A stretch of DNA of 64,000 bases, taken from assembly GCF_018977255.1 (NCBI RefSeq), contig NW_024704771.1, positions 3,472,001 to 3,536,000 on the forward strand. The letters run 5' to 3'. Positions 1 through 12,013 of this stretch are shown here, one piece after another. Below the pieces are notes generated by a model. That model searched no databases and was not told where the DNA came from. It saw only the letters and a list, made by a program, of their open reading frames with translations. The translations under genes and the position numbers were made by a program. Source of the stretch: Callorhinchus milii. Taxonomy: Eukaryota. Position 1 is the stretch's first letter. The number at the start of each line of letters is the position of its first letter.

Positions 1-328
1 CCGGTCTGCTCCACGTCCCCCGCCCCAACCGCCCTACCATCGGTGGCCGGGCCTTCAGCCTCTCAGCCCCGAGGCTCTGGAACTCTATCCCCAGTGCCTT
101 CGCCGCTTCCTCCCTTTCCTCCTTCAAGGCCGGTCTCAAGACCTTTCTCTTTGACCTTCAGCCTTCAGCTCCCCTCTCGACTCTCTTCCCCCTTCTCGCT
201 CCCTCCCATCCCTCCCCTCACCCTGACCATTTCCCCCCTGCTCGGGTCATGACCCAACTGTGCAGCGTCTTGGGACGTCCTCCTGACGTGAAAGGCGCTT
301 TATAAATGGAATCTTGTTGTTGTTGTAG
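1..328 (+). mobile_element. L2-derived 3'-end element (related pieces at 6325-6710 -, 8430-9110 +, 31224-31660 -, 40706-41050 -, 50335-50940 -, 55250-55550 -)
   Basis: Shared ccttcaaggccggtctcaagacc..gacgtgaaaggcgctttataaatggaatcttgttgttg sequence. Confidence 0.8.
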
Positions 329-921
329 TCCCTTCAGAATCTTAAAAACCAAAATCGTATTGCCCCTCAACCTTCTCTTCTCCAATGTGAACATACCTAA
401 TCGCTCCTCATAGTCCAGTCACTCCATCCCTTGAATTATTCTGGTTGCCCTCCTCTGTATTCTCTCAATTGCTGCAATATCCGTTTTACAGCTGTCAATT
501 TGCACAAACCAGTGGTCTACAAACATCCATGAAGTCCATGACCATTTTTAGCTGAATGTTTGTTGGTCAGTAAACAGGGAAAAGCTACTATTTTTGAAAA
601 GTGCCTTGATTATAATAATATAATAATCCTTGTATTTCGTTTTGTGCGTTATCACGACATCGGGACATGTGGATTAAGGAAACTTGCCTAATAATAATAA
701 TAATCCTTGATATAGCGCCTTATCATATCTTTTAGATGTCTCAAAGTGCTTCACAGAACATACTGTAAAGTGAATTGGCTGTATATTTTGTGGGCTAAGG
801 TTTCGCCCCAACCCGGGTCCTCTCACTTGCGAGGCAAGCGTGCTAACCGCTACGCTAATACGACTCCACCATTTCTACACCTATTATAATCTAAAAGTAC
901 GTCGGATTAATTATTACTTAC

Positions 922-1029
922 TGAGCTTTCCAAAGAAGAGCGAGAAAAGTCCTGCGATACACAGATAGACCATCACCACAACAGTGCTTTTGAATGTTAC
1001 CTCAGCACCTGGAACATTACACTCGTTGA
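922..1029 (-). CDS. Gene A TM exon 4
   Basis: tccacag|..CTCA|GTAAGT, 108 nt; [36 protein letters not shown]. Confidence 0.85.
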
Positions 1030-4000
1030 CTGTGGACAGAATTATTATTGTCGGAATTAGACTCCAGAGATTTGTAGGTATTTACCTTGGGTTAAAGATA
1101 CAGAAATGGTGTTTCCAATGCATATCGTTTCATTTTAAATAATAAAATCAGGCAGATATCATTTTGAGTCGAGATCTGTCTGAAGGATTACTTTGTAATG
1201 GTCTTAATAATAATAATCCTTGAATTTGATACAGTGGCTTATCATGTTGTCGAGACATTTCAAAACACTTCACAGAATATACTGCAAAGTGTGGTGACTG
1301 TGTATTTTGAAGGCAAATGTAGCAGCCAACTGTGCACAACAGAGTCCAAAAACAGTCGTGGATTGAGTGACCAAATTAAAAATAAAATTTTGAAAAGCAT
1401 TTCAGAGCGCTTAACAATGGTGGAACCCACGGGGGCCACTGAAGTGGCTTTTTAGTCCCAAGAAACAGTATGGAGGACAGTGATGAGGATAATTCTCAGT
1501 ATTAATGGGATGATGGGAGGAAAATGCTTACCATTTTGTCTTGCTTCGTAAATTGGAATACACGAAACCCCAGCAGCCAAGAGTCCATACACAAGGAAAA
1601 TATTGCGATGCACTGTTCAGTGAATATAATTTGAATAAAGGAATAACAATTAGTATACCTGGGGGAATGCCTGTGAGGCATATAAACTGATGTTTTTGTC
1701 AATCTGTCAATCTATTCCTTATTTAATATAGTTTGTGGGACGCTGCTGTGCGCAATTGGCTGCCGCGTTTCGCCCACAAATATACGGTCAATTCACTTTA
1801 CAGCATATTCTGTGAAGCGCTTTGAGACTTCTAGAAGATGTGCAAAGCACTATATCAAATGCAAGGATTATTATTACTATTATAGTGCCTTATCACATCT
1901 TCGAGAAGTCTCAAAGTCTGTGTGCGAAACATGGAAAACAATTGCGCACACCCTAATCGTGGATGGAGTGACCAATTTTTTATTTAAATTCAATTAAAAT
2001 TCATTCCTCCATTTCTAACAACATTTTCCATATAGTGTGAATTTGTCGGCAAATGCGGCAGCCAATTTGTGAACAGTGAACCGGGAAAAACTCTCAGATC
2101 GATCAGAACTCGCCTCCACTGGCTCCCCATCCCCCAGAGGATAAAGTTCAAAATCCTTGTACTCACTTTCAAAGCCCCCCGTGGCCTTGCTCCTCCCTAT
2201 CTCTGTGACCTGCTAACTCCATGCCAAACTGTCCACTCCCTCCGCACACCTGCTTCACATCCCCTAATTCCAGAAAGCTTTGGGTGCAGGTAGGCAAGAG
2301 CCAAGGCTTGGCCACCCAAGAGTATGCGTTGAGGTAACTGCTGGAGTCTCACCAGCTAAAACTACATAGCTCGTCATTGATGGCGCCGTCTGGCAAGTTT
2401 TCCCACTGCTTGTCCAGCTAAGTGTGAGCCTGACTCTTGGTCTGAATCTGAGGCAATCAGGAGTCAGGATAATACCGGAATTATAAACCTCAAATATTGC
2501 AAAGTAAACTCACTGTTGTTTAACAAAAATGAGCTCGTCATTCTGGCTTCAGGATGCATGAAAAGCAGGACAGAATAAATCAGCATCACCACAACCATGA
2601 AACAACCAAATCCCGAGATAACTCTGTATTCTATTTTAAATCCTGAAAGAGGACAAATGAATAATGTGGTGAAATTGTGCAACATTAAGAATATAAGAAT
2701 TGTTGGCGAAAAAAGACCAAGGTCCATCCAGTTCGCCTTCCACCATCCTGGCAGGTATGACATGTCATGGCCCAAACTATATACTATATCCCAAGGTATT
2801 ATTTCCTAACAGAAATCTACCTAACACTTTGTTCTTGAACGCATCGACTTTCTGCTTCCACCATCTCCCTGGGAAGGCTATTATTATTTGCTCACCGAAG
2901 TAATGTTTCCAGTGATTTGTTCTGAATTTACTCCCCCCGCCCCGCCCTCAATTGCAGGCCATGGCCTCTGGTTCTACTGTCGGTATAAAACAGCATATCA
3001 TGGTCTACATTGTCCAGTCCCTTTACAATCTTAAAGACCATAACCATATCAACCTTCTCTTCTACCGCGAGAATATGCCCAGCTTACCTGATCGTTTCTC
3101 GTAGTCCAGTTCCTCAATCATTCTGGTTGCCCTCTCTGTATACACTGCAATAGTCTGATTATATAATACAAGACTACAGCCAATTATACCACTCAACCTT
3201 GCTTGTTGCATTTGTGACTAAAGTCAAATTGTTTTAAACCAGGAGACAGGTCATCAATTAAGTGATCTTTCAATGCAGTAATAACAACATTGATAATAAT
3301 CCTTGCATTTGATATAGGGCTTTATCATGTCTCCGAGATGTCTCAAAGCACTTCTATACTGTCAAAAGAATTGACTGCGTGTTTTGTGGACAAACGGGGC
3401 AGCCAATTAGGCACAGCAGTGTCCCGCAGTCATGGATTGAGTGACCAAATTATTATTTTTTGAAGGGATTATTAACCTCAGAAAGTGATCCACCTATCAA
3501 CTTCCAACCGGGTTCCTTACTGCTAGGTAAACAGAGGTGTGTGGAAACTTCCCTAAGGTTTCGGGCTGCCCAGGAATCGAACCCGAGTCCTCTCACCAAT
3601 ACGCTACAGGTCTCCATATGAATGCTCTTTTCAAGGCAGTAATAAAAGTTTCATTGCACCATCTCAACATGTAGAATTTTTGTCAACACCCATTTTTCTG
3701 TTTTCCATAAGATTACCCTCTAAACTACCACTGCAAATGTTACAGAATAGAACTCTGTAGCTTTGATATCTAGTCTGTTCCAATGATAAATAATAATAAT
3801 AATTTGGTCACTCAATCCACAACTGCTTGTGGGACACTGCTATGTGCCACTGGTTGCCTCATTTCGCCCACAAAGTATACAGTCAATTCCTTTTACAGTA
3901 TATTCTGTGAAGTGCTTTGAGACATCTCAACGAGTTAAGGCGCTGTATCACATGCAAAGATTATTGTTATTATTCGTGATAGCTCATGGACATGCGGAAT

Positions 4001-7000
4001 AAATGAGGAATCTATTTAGCAGAATAATTTGATGTAAAAGACTTTCTACATGTAGTTTGGCATTAGATAAGTATGATAGAAACAAGGTTGAGTTGTGAAT
4101 TTAAAACTCTTTAAAAACAAGGAACATACCTTCGGCTATCACGCAGAAAAGAGATGACATTAATAGGCTGATCATGGAGATTAGATGAAGGAGCATAAAA
4201 ATAGTAGTAAACTGCATGTGGCGTTTGTGAACTATGAATTCAAACAAACAAAATAAATCCTTTCGTAGCGATCTGAACTGACTATTAAATTCTTCCAATC
4301 AAATATGCAATGTATCTATGAACTTATAATGTAAGTGATCCAAAAATCATTTATATAAGCCTTGAATTTGATATAGTGCCTTGTCATGTTTTCGAGACAT
4401 CTCAAAGTGCTTCACAGAATATACTGTAAAGTGAATATTTTGAGGGCCAAATGTGGCAGCCAATTGCGCACAGCAGCAACCCACAAACAGTCGTGGATTG
4501 AGTGACCAAATTATTATTGCTTATTTTGTTTTTTTGTAGGGATTATTACCCCTGGGAAAAGCAATCCACCAATCTACTAACAACCGGGTTCCTCTTACTG
4601 CTGGGTAAACAGAGATGTGTGTAGTAAGTAAACTTGCCCAACGTTTTGCCCTGCCCAGGAATCAAACCAGGACCTCCCGCTTGCAAGGTGAGTGCTCTAA
4701 CCACTGAGCTACATGAACTATGAACTTGTAATGTAAGTGATTGAAAAAGCATTTATTACCTTGGAAATGTTTTAAGGCAAACAGCATTATGAAGAAATGT
4801 GCACCTAAGGTTGTGAGATTACTAACCAGTGAAAGGACACTGGCAGTAAGAGCATGTTGGTAAATAAACAGCGCATCTGAAACAAAGAATAATGTAAATT
4901 AAAACTCATTTTAAAATCTGACTGGCAAATGGAAAACTGTATTAGAACAACAGCGTATATAGCGCCCCTCAAGTAGGGAAGCATCCCATAGCGCTTGACA
5001 ATGGTGGAGCACAACGTCAAGCTGGGGGAGGTGACCTTAAACATGATCTTCAGGCGCGACCTGAAGGTGGGGAAGGAAGGGGCAAGGCGGAGTGATAGAG
5101 GGAAGAGTATTCCAGAATTTCGGGTGTAGCGGCTGAATGTGATCCGCCAATCAACTAACTGCTTACTGCTAAGTAAAGAGAGACAAGTGGAGTAGGGAAA
5201 CTTGTTCAAGATTGTTCCACCCGGGAATGGAACCCGGGTCCTCTCGCTTTCGAGGCAACCTCTGCATACTTTGCAGTATGTTCTGTGAAGCGCTTTGGGA
5301 CGTCCTCCCGACGTGAAAAGCGCTATATCAAATGCAAGGATTATTATTATTATTATAACCTCTCGAACCAATACTCTACAGGACTCCACCTGTAGAATGA
5401 CTTACACCTGGAAGCTTGTTGTTTAATCCGATGTGATTGCAATTTGCTGTAATGTGACTGGAATGAATTGATCCTTGACCGTTGCCAAATCAACAGATAA
5501 TAGTAATCCTTGCATTTGATATAGTGCCTTATCACATTTTCAAGACATCGCAAAGCACTTCACAGAATATGATGTGACGTGAATTGATTGTATGTTTTGG
5601 GGGTGAAATGCAGCAGCCAATTGAGCACAGCCATGTGCCACAAACATTGAATTCATTTTTTTTTTAAAAAAGGTATTATTACCCCCGGAAAGGTGATCCA
5701 CCAATCGACTAACAACTGGGTTCCTACTTACTGCTAGGTAAACAGAGCAGTGTGGAGTAAAGAAACATGCTCAATGTTTTGCCCTGCCTGGGAATCATAC
5801 TCAGGTATTCTCAGTTGCAAGGGGAATGATCTACGCACTATGCTATAGGATATATAAATCGGACAGTTACGAATCCTACCGTTGATAATGAGGAAATAGG
5901 AGTGGTTGTTCTGGCTAACGGCATTTTTGATATGGCATGTGTACCAGCCGCAGTCGGAGAATCTTACGTTATTCAGGATCAACGTGCTCTCACGCACTTC
6001 TTTACTGATTTTCACATTTTGCTTCGTCCACCAAATTTCATCTGCCGTTCCACTGTTCAGAATACAGCTCAGTGCAACCGTCTTAATGACGTAGGTGGGA
6101 TCTTGCAATATTATTGGTGTGGACAATATGTCTATGGAGGGGAAAAAATAAGTCAGATTGTCTGCAAAATCAGTGGACAGGAAACCCAATATGTAAAGCT
6201 TTTGCCTGTATTTAGCCTCAGTGTGGCTGAATGGTGGTTTGCCACAATTTTTGGGGTCAGCCAGGTGTCTGACATATATATGTATAACCTTGTTAAAAAG
6301 AACTTGACCATGGATTTCTGTACATAACGCAACTTGCATTTATATAGCACCCCTCATGCAGGGAAGCATCCCAGAGCACTTGACAGTGGTACAACCTGCT
6401 GCCCAGCTGTGCAGAGGGGGGAGGTGACCATAGGCACGGTCGAAAAGGAAGGTCTTCAGGTGAGACCTGAAGATGGGAAGGAAAGGGCAAGGTGGAAGGA
6501 TTGAGAAAGAGTGTTCCAGAGTTTTGGGGTCTAGTGGCTGAAAGTGCAGGCATTGATGGTGGAAAGGAGGGCATGAGGGACAAGTAGGAGGCTGGAGCCA
6601 GTCGATCGGATGCAATGGGTAGTGGATTGGGGAGCAAGCAGGTTGGAGAGGTAGGGAGATGCCAGGGCATGAAGGGATTTGAAGACGAGTGTCTTAAAGA
6701 TCTCTTGGTTCAAGTATTTTTCCAGTACACACACCATTGGAAATGACTGGAATCAAGAGATGTATAAGTTTCCAGACCAATCGTTAGCCCTCAGTGTGGC
6801 TGAATGGTGGTTTGCCACAATTGTTGGGGTCAGCCGGGTGTCTGACATATGCAGAAACCCATCACTGTTGCTTAAGAGTCTCCAAACCAAGCTGAGAGTT
6901 TTATGCATCCCACCTGCATATTGAAATCCCGGAGATAGATTGTTGGAATGGAGTGCATTCTCTCTCCCTGGAGGGAGGCATTCCGCTGCCCTAATTCTGG

Positions 7001-9594
7001 AAGGTATTAGGCGTAGCTCGGCAGGAGTCAGGACTTGGGGAGACCCCAGCGTGTGTGTTGTGATAACTGCTGGAGTGTACCCAGCTAAAACCGCATAGTT
7101 TGCCCTTGATAGTACTGTCGCTTGCCCTACGAGCCCAATAATCTATTTAGCCAGGTATTTTCTGTATTCATTCTCAAAGTTTAGGCGTTAGCTCTTATCT
7201 GACTAACACAGTCTGGAAACTTATGCATCTGGAAACAACACACACAATATATACGTATAAAAAATATTACATAGGGTGGAGGATTTCAAGATGCCAGCAC
7301 ACGATTGGGAAAAAAATGCTTAGAAATAAGGCACGGTCCATTACACCAGTAAGACTTACCTTCAACTTGCAGGTGTATATAGTGCAGGTGGGTAACCACG
7401 CTCTCTCCCGTTTCAGAAAGTCGGTGTTTACTCAACAAATAAATCCCAGAGTCTTTGATTTCTAAATGTTTTATTTGAAGAGATCCCAACTTTTGATCAA
7501 AATGTATTCGTAGTTTGTAATATGTATTGTAAGTATGATGGGCACTGACTGTATCGAAGCTCACAATTTGTATCATTCCATAGCGCGTGAGATAGTACCA
7601 ATCAAGTGTTTCCTCTTCAGTAATGATTGTTGTATCAATTCCAGGCAATAAAATGGAAGAATGCGTACTTGTAGCAAGGTAAAGTCGAGTTAATATTTCT
7701 GACTCACCTGAAATATTCACAAGAATTCATCAGTTAATTTTGCAACAAATAATAACTTGACAACTATATTATTTGGTGTGAAAATGAATTCAAAACCATA
7801 CACAATAACAACCTCGCATTTGATATAATTCCTTATCACGTCGTTGAGACGTCTCAAAGCGCTTCACAGGATATACTGTAAAGTGGATTGACCGTATTTT
7901 GAGGGTGGAACGCTAAATCTAAAATATGTAAATATAAAAAATATTACATAAGGTGGAGGATTTCACGATGCCCGCACATGACTGGGAAAAAATGCTTTAA
8001 CTTTAATATGCAATGCTAATGACGGAATGTTTCACAGAAAAAGGCGGTTCAGTCCATCAGGTTTACGCTGCCAATTCCCAACCCACAGAATCATCGAACT
8101 GTACGGCACAGGAAGCCATTCATGACTATTTGTGGGACACTGCTGTGCGCAATTTGGCCCAGAAAATGCACAGTCAATCCACTTTGCAGTATATTCCGCG
8201 AAGTGCTTTGAGATGTCTCAGCGATGTGATAAGGTGCTTTAGCAAATAATAATCAGAATCCTTGCATTTGATATAGTACCTTATCATGTTGGAGGGACAT
8301 TAAACGCAATATCCAAATTCACGCGAACCATTAATTGACCCAACGGTTACCATGAGTTGACTGTAACGCGTCACGGGACCTATTTTTGGCTTGAAGAACC
8401 GACGGTTTAAAAACAAATCTTCAAGGACTATATTCTTTCCTCCTTCAAGGCCGGGACTCGAGACCTTTCTCTTCGACCGTGCCGTCAGCTCCCCTCTCGA
8501 CTCTCTACCCCCTCCTCGCCCCCTCCCTCCCCTCACCCTGACCATCTCCCCCCTCCTCACTTCCTCCCTCCCCTCACCCTGACCGTCTCCCCCCTCCTCG
8601 CTCCATCCCTCCCCTCCCGCTGACCATCTCCCCCCTCCTCACTCCCTCCCTCCCGTCACCCTGACCATCTCCCCCCTCCTCGCTCCCTCCCTCGCCTCCC
8701 CCTGACCATCTCCCCCCTCCTCGCTCCCTCCCTCGCCTCCCCCTGACCATCTCCCCCCTCCTCGCTCCCTCCCTCCCGTCACCCTGACCATCTCCCCCCT
8801 CCTCGCTCCCTCCCTCCCCTCCCCCTGACCATCTCCCCTCTCGCTCCCTCCCTCCCCTCCCCCTGACCATCTCCCCCTCTCGCTCCCTCCCTCCCCTCCC
8901 CCTGACCATCTCCCCCTCTCGCTCCCTCCCTCCCCTCCCCCTGACCATCTCCCCCTCTCGCTCCCTCCCTCCCCTCCCCCTGACCATCTCCCCCTCCCTC
9001 CCTCCCCTCCCCCTGACCATTTCCCCCACTGATCCCGACCCAACTGTCCGGCGCCTCAGGACGTCCTCCCGACGTGAAAGGCGCTCTCTAAATGGAATCT
9101 TGTTGTTGCTGTTGTACTCTGGAATAGGTACCTAATGACCATAATAAACACAAAAATGGAGAGACACAAAAGAAATGCGAATGGGCTGTTCCCAAAGAGA
9201 GCTTCGCGGGTTACACCGCGACAGTGTACTTTGTGAGTGTTATCACAATAACCCGCTGCACAGTCAGTAACTCGGCCACTCAATCCACGGCTGTTTGCGG
9301 GGACGCCGCTGTGCTGCCGCGTTTCGCCCACAATGTAATGCAGTCGACGAATCCACTTTAAAATATACTCCGCAACAGACACCGAGACGTCCCGACGGCA
9401 AAACACATCTCTGTACGAAAACGGAAAGATTACGGTTATGGCAGTGAAGGAGGGGCGGCGCGTGGGCGACGCTTCACTCACTCACACACAGAGAGAGAGA
9501 GAGAGAGAAATAACACGCGGGTAAAGCAAGAGTTCGCCAATGTCCGCTTACCCTGAGGCGCCAGGAGGAGCAGGAGAGCGGCTGTGAGCAACAT
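922..9594 (-). CDS. Gene A (multi-exon): signal peptide-IgV(CD2/SLAM-like)-IgC2-multipass TM receptor; 3' end runs off the left edge of the window
   Basis: Seven GT-AG bounded exons joined by phase-1 introns (43+348+252+117+102+129+108 nt) splice into one stop-free frame of about 366 codons; every exon has a same-sized counterpart in genes B and C. Confidence 0.88.
2514..2642 (-). CDS. Gene A TM exon 3
   Basis: tttcag|..AACA|GTGAGT, 129 nt; [43 protein letters not shown]. Confidence 0.85.
4130..4231 (-). CDS. Gene A TM exon 2
   Basis: tcatag|..GAAG|GTATGT, 102 nt; [34 protein letters not shown]. Confidence 0.85.
4355..4715 (-). mobile_element. Same SINE, older long variant (dozens of other full or partial copies, e.g. 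690-870, 3290-3615, 19265-19580, 46620-46985, 56310-56650, 61050-61445)
   Basis: Retains the central ccaccaatc..gggttcc..tactgct.ggtaaacag segment. Confidence 0.8.
4760..4876 (-). CDS. Gene A TM exon 1
   Basis: tttcag|..CAAG|GTAATA, 117 nt; [39 protein letters not shown] (manual translation). Confidence 0.85.
5880..6131 (-). CDS. Gene A IgC2 exon
   Basis: ccatag| acceptor, AACG|GTAGG donor, 252 nt; LSC..IWW..TLIL..DCGWYTC..N.VS. Confidence 0.9.
7360..7707 (-). CDS. Gene A IgV exon (CD2/SLAM/CEACAM-N type, no B-F disulfide)
   Basis: ttcag| acceptor, GAAG|GTAAGT donor, 348 nt; SILLPG..LDWYY..RIHF..GSLQI..DSGIYLL..LQVE, with Leu at both canonical Cys positions. Confidence 0.9.
8520..9020. repeat. 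Pyrimidine-rich minisatellite of about 40-45 bp units (ccctgaccatctccccc..cgctccctccc) inside an L2-derived element
   Basis: About 12 imperfect tandem units seen directly. Confidence 0.9.
9552..9594 (-). CDS. Gene A exon 1, signal peptide [14 protein letters not shown](G)
   Basis: ATG at 9594, hydrophobic leader, donor CAG G|GTAAGC in phase 1. Confidence 0.85.
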
Positions 9595-10175
9595 TCCCGC
9601 TGCCTGACTCCAGGGCGAGGGACAAGTCACAAGATGGCGCCCAACGGCAACTCCGCCCTTTTAACGGCCACAGTTCAAAACGAAAGACAAACAAAGCGGC
9701 GACTGGCGCCGCTGTCCGGCTCTCTGGCCCCCGCCCGCCCCGCCCGCCCGGGGGCCGCTCGCTCGGTAACGCCGACTCCGCCCGTTCCGCCGCCTTCAGT
9801 TCGGCTCCGAAGCCGCTTCTCCTTCGCCTCTGACAACGGTGTCAGTTTGTCCGCCTCCCGTCCCCCCCCCGCTCACTCACTCACTGCGCAGGCGCCGACC
9901 TCCCGTCCCCCCGCGCTCACTCACTGCGCAGGCGCCGCATCGCCCGTCCCCACGCGCTCACTCACTCACTCACTGCGCAGGCGCCGCACCGCCCGTCCCC
10001 GCGCTCACTCACTGCGCAGGCGCTGCACCGCCCGTCCCCACGCGCTCACTCACTCACTGCGCAGGCGCCGCACCGCCCGTCCCCACGCGCTCACTCACTC
10101 ACTCACTGCGCAGGCGCCGCACCTCCCGTCCCCCCCCCCGCGCTCACTCACTCACTGCGCAGGCGCCGCACAGCC
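9595..10175 (-). promoter_or_regulatory. CpG-island promoter of gene A with YY1 motif, GC boxes and 7 NRF1-motif repeat units
   Basis: CAAGATGGCG at 9630-9639 (YY1 consensus); CCGCCC runs at 9730-9750; TGCGCAGGCGC x7 in 9885-10166. Confidence 0.75.
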
Positions 10176-11825
10176 TCCTGTGGGCGTGGCCCCGCGGGTG
10201 TTGTGGTGAGCGGCTGAAGTCAGTGAGGACGGTGGTCAGTGTCAGGGCGACACCTGGAGGTTGCAATCGGTTTTACACCGACAGTTGCGCCTCTGCCTCA
10301 GGGAAGTAATAATAATAATAATAATAATCCTCGCATTTGATATAGCGCTTTTCACGTCGGGAGAGGACGTCCCAAATTGACTGTATATTTGTGGGCGAAC
10401 GCGGCGGCCGATGGCGCACAGCGATGTCCCACAGACAGTCGTGGATTGAAAATGACCAATTTATTATTGTTTTGGGTTTTTTTTGGGAGGGGTTATTATT
10501 GGGCGTATTATTAGGACAAGTTTGCAGAGCCACGGGGAGAGCGCGAGGGAGTGGGGGCTGATTGGAGAGCTCTTTCCAAAGAGCCGGCACAGACACGATG
10601 GGCCGACTGACCTCCTTCCGCACAATATAATTCTACATGAGGTCTTATCGCCTTCTCGAGTCGCCTCAAAGGGCGTCGCAGGATACGCCGCGAATGCGGC
10701 CGCCAATTGCCCACAACATGTACGACAAACAGTCGTGGAGCGAGTGACCAATTCGCTTTTTGAAGGGATTATTACCCCCGGAAAAAGCGATCACACGATC
10801 GCCTAACAGACAGGTGCCAGGTGCCGCCCCACCTGGGAGTCGAACCTCTTAAAGGAAAAATTAATCTTCCCGGTTGTACCTAAAACATTTTATTTATTTA
10901 TTATTATTATTATTATCATTAAAACAATGTCGACATACTTGAGGTTCTGCTTCGCTCTGAACTGTTCCCGGCCACATAATAGTACAGCCCAACCTTGAAC
11001 TTGATATTTGATATCAAGACTTAAGATGGGCTTTGAAATGCGGAGGGAAAGGGACGCGTGATTACATGTTTTACTTTGCCGGAGTGTGACTCGGGAGTAC
11101 CGCAAAAACATGAAGCTTTCTGGGTAGGCTTTTAAATCATGTGTTTTGGAATTTAATATCTCATTTGCTCTCATTTTTAAAACTCTTTTCACATTTGATA
11201 AAAAATACTTGACATGTTCATACACGAATAAAACACAGTAGATATGTAGTGTGCAACTATCTCCTTTGACTGCTACAGTGATATACATACCTAGTGATAT
11301 ACTAGATACAAGTAGAGCAATATTCCATGACAAATGACATATAAAACTTCTGAGCAATGCACTATTATGAGTGAATATCTGGTTAGTGGTAAATTTATTG
11401 ACCTCGATGGTGTAAGTTTATAACAATCCTTACAAGTATAGTAAAACGCTCATATTACCAAGTTCAGTAAATTTACTGACAATTGGAGAATCACCATTAG
11501 CAATTAGGTTTAGGTCCTCTCTCTCCCTGGACTGTAGGTGTTACACTGAAAGGCGTGATTCTTTATTGGGTCAGTATTTTCCTATTAGTATGTGCTCCAC
11601 GTCCTGAACATTCTCAGGTTGCAGTCTTTCTCTTTGTTTCATCTGTTTGCATCATTTTCATTAGCAGTTCTGATTTCAACTTCTCAGTTTCTCTATGGTT
11701 TCCATCGTTACTGTGCAACCTCGCCATCAGCTGTGGCACACTCGCCCTCTCATTCTATCTCTCTCATACAGACTCACAGTCGTGCTTCTCTCTCACAGGC
11801 CCACAGTCCTTGTTCTAGTTGTATC

Positions 11826-11838
11826 CTAGCGAGCATGC
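11826..11838 (-). CDS. Candidate gene B last coding exon (R)HAR-stop, followed by 3'UTR
   Basis: tttatttcaatctag| acceptor; phase fits the 34-nt exon; AATAAA on the minus strand at 11562-11567. Confidence 0.3.
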
Positions 11839-12013
11839 CTAGATTGAAATAAAGTTGATATGTTGAAATTGGGACAAAACTTTTTTTGGCACAATTTCAT
11901 CATTTACAGAATTACTTGCGACACGCAAATACAAAAACTAAGGAGTACTACAGCTTTAAATGTCAAACAGCTAAGTAGAAACATTTTATATAGCACCCAT
12001 ATCACATAGTTGA

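Noticed and set aside
9870-10160. GAGC/GAGT repeats resembling an AAV Rep-binding element
   Set aside because: No ITR hairpin or rep/cap sequence; better explained as spacer within the NRF1 array.
9634-10309. Plus-strand ORFs (MAPNGNSALL..., 191 aa and others) across the GC-rich cassettes at 9634, 40325 and 59782
   Set aside because: They are by-products of a stop-poor GC-rich VNTR; GC-box indels shift the frame between copies; the ATG is the core of the YY1 motif.
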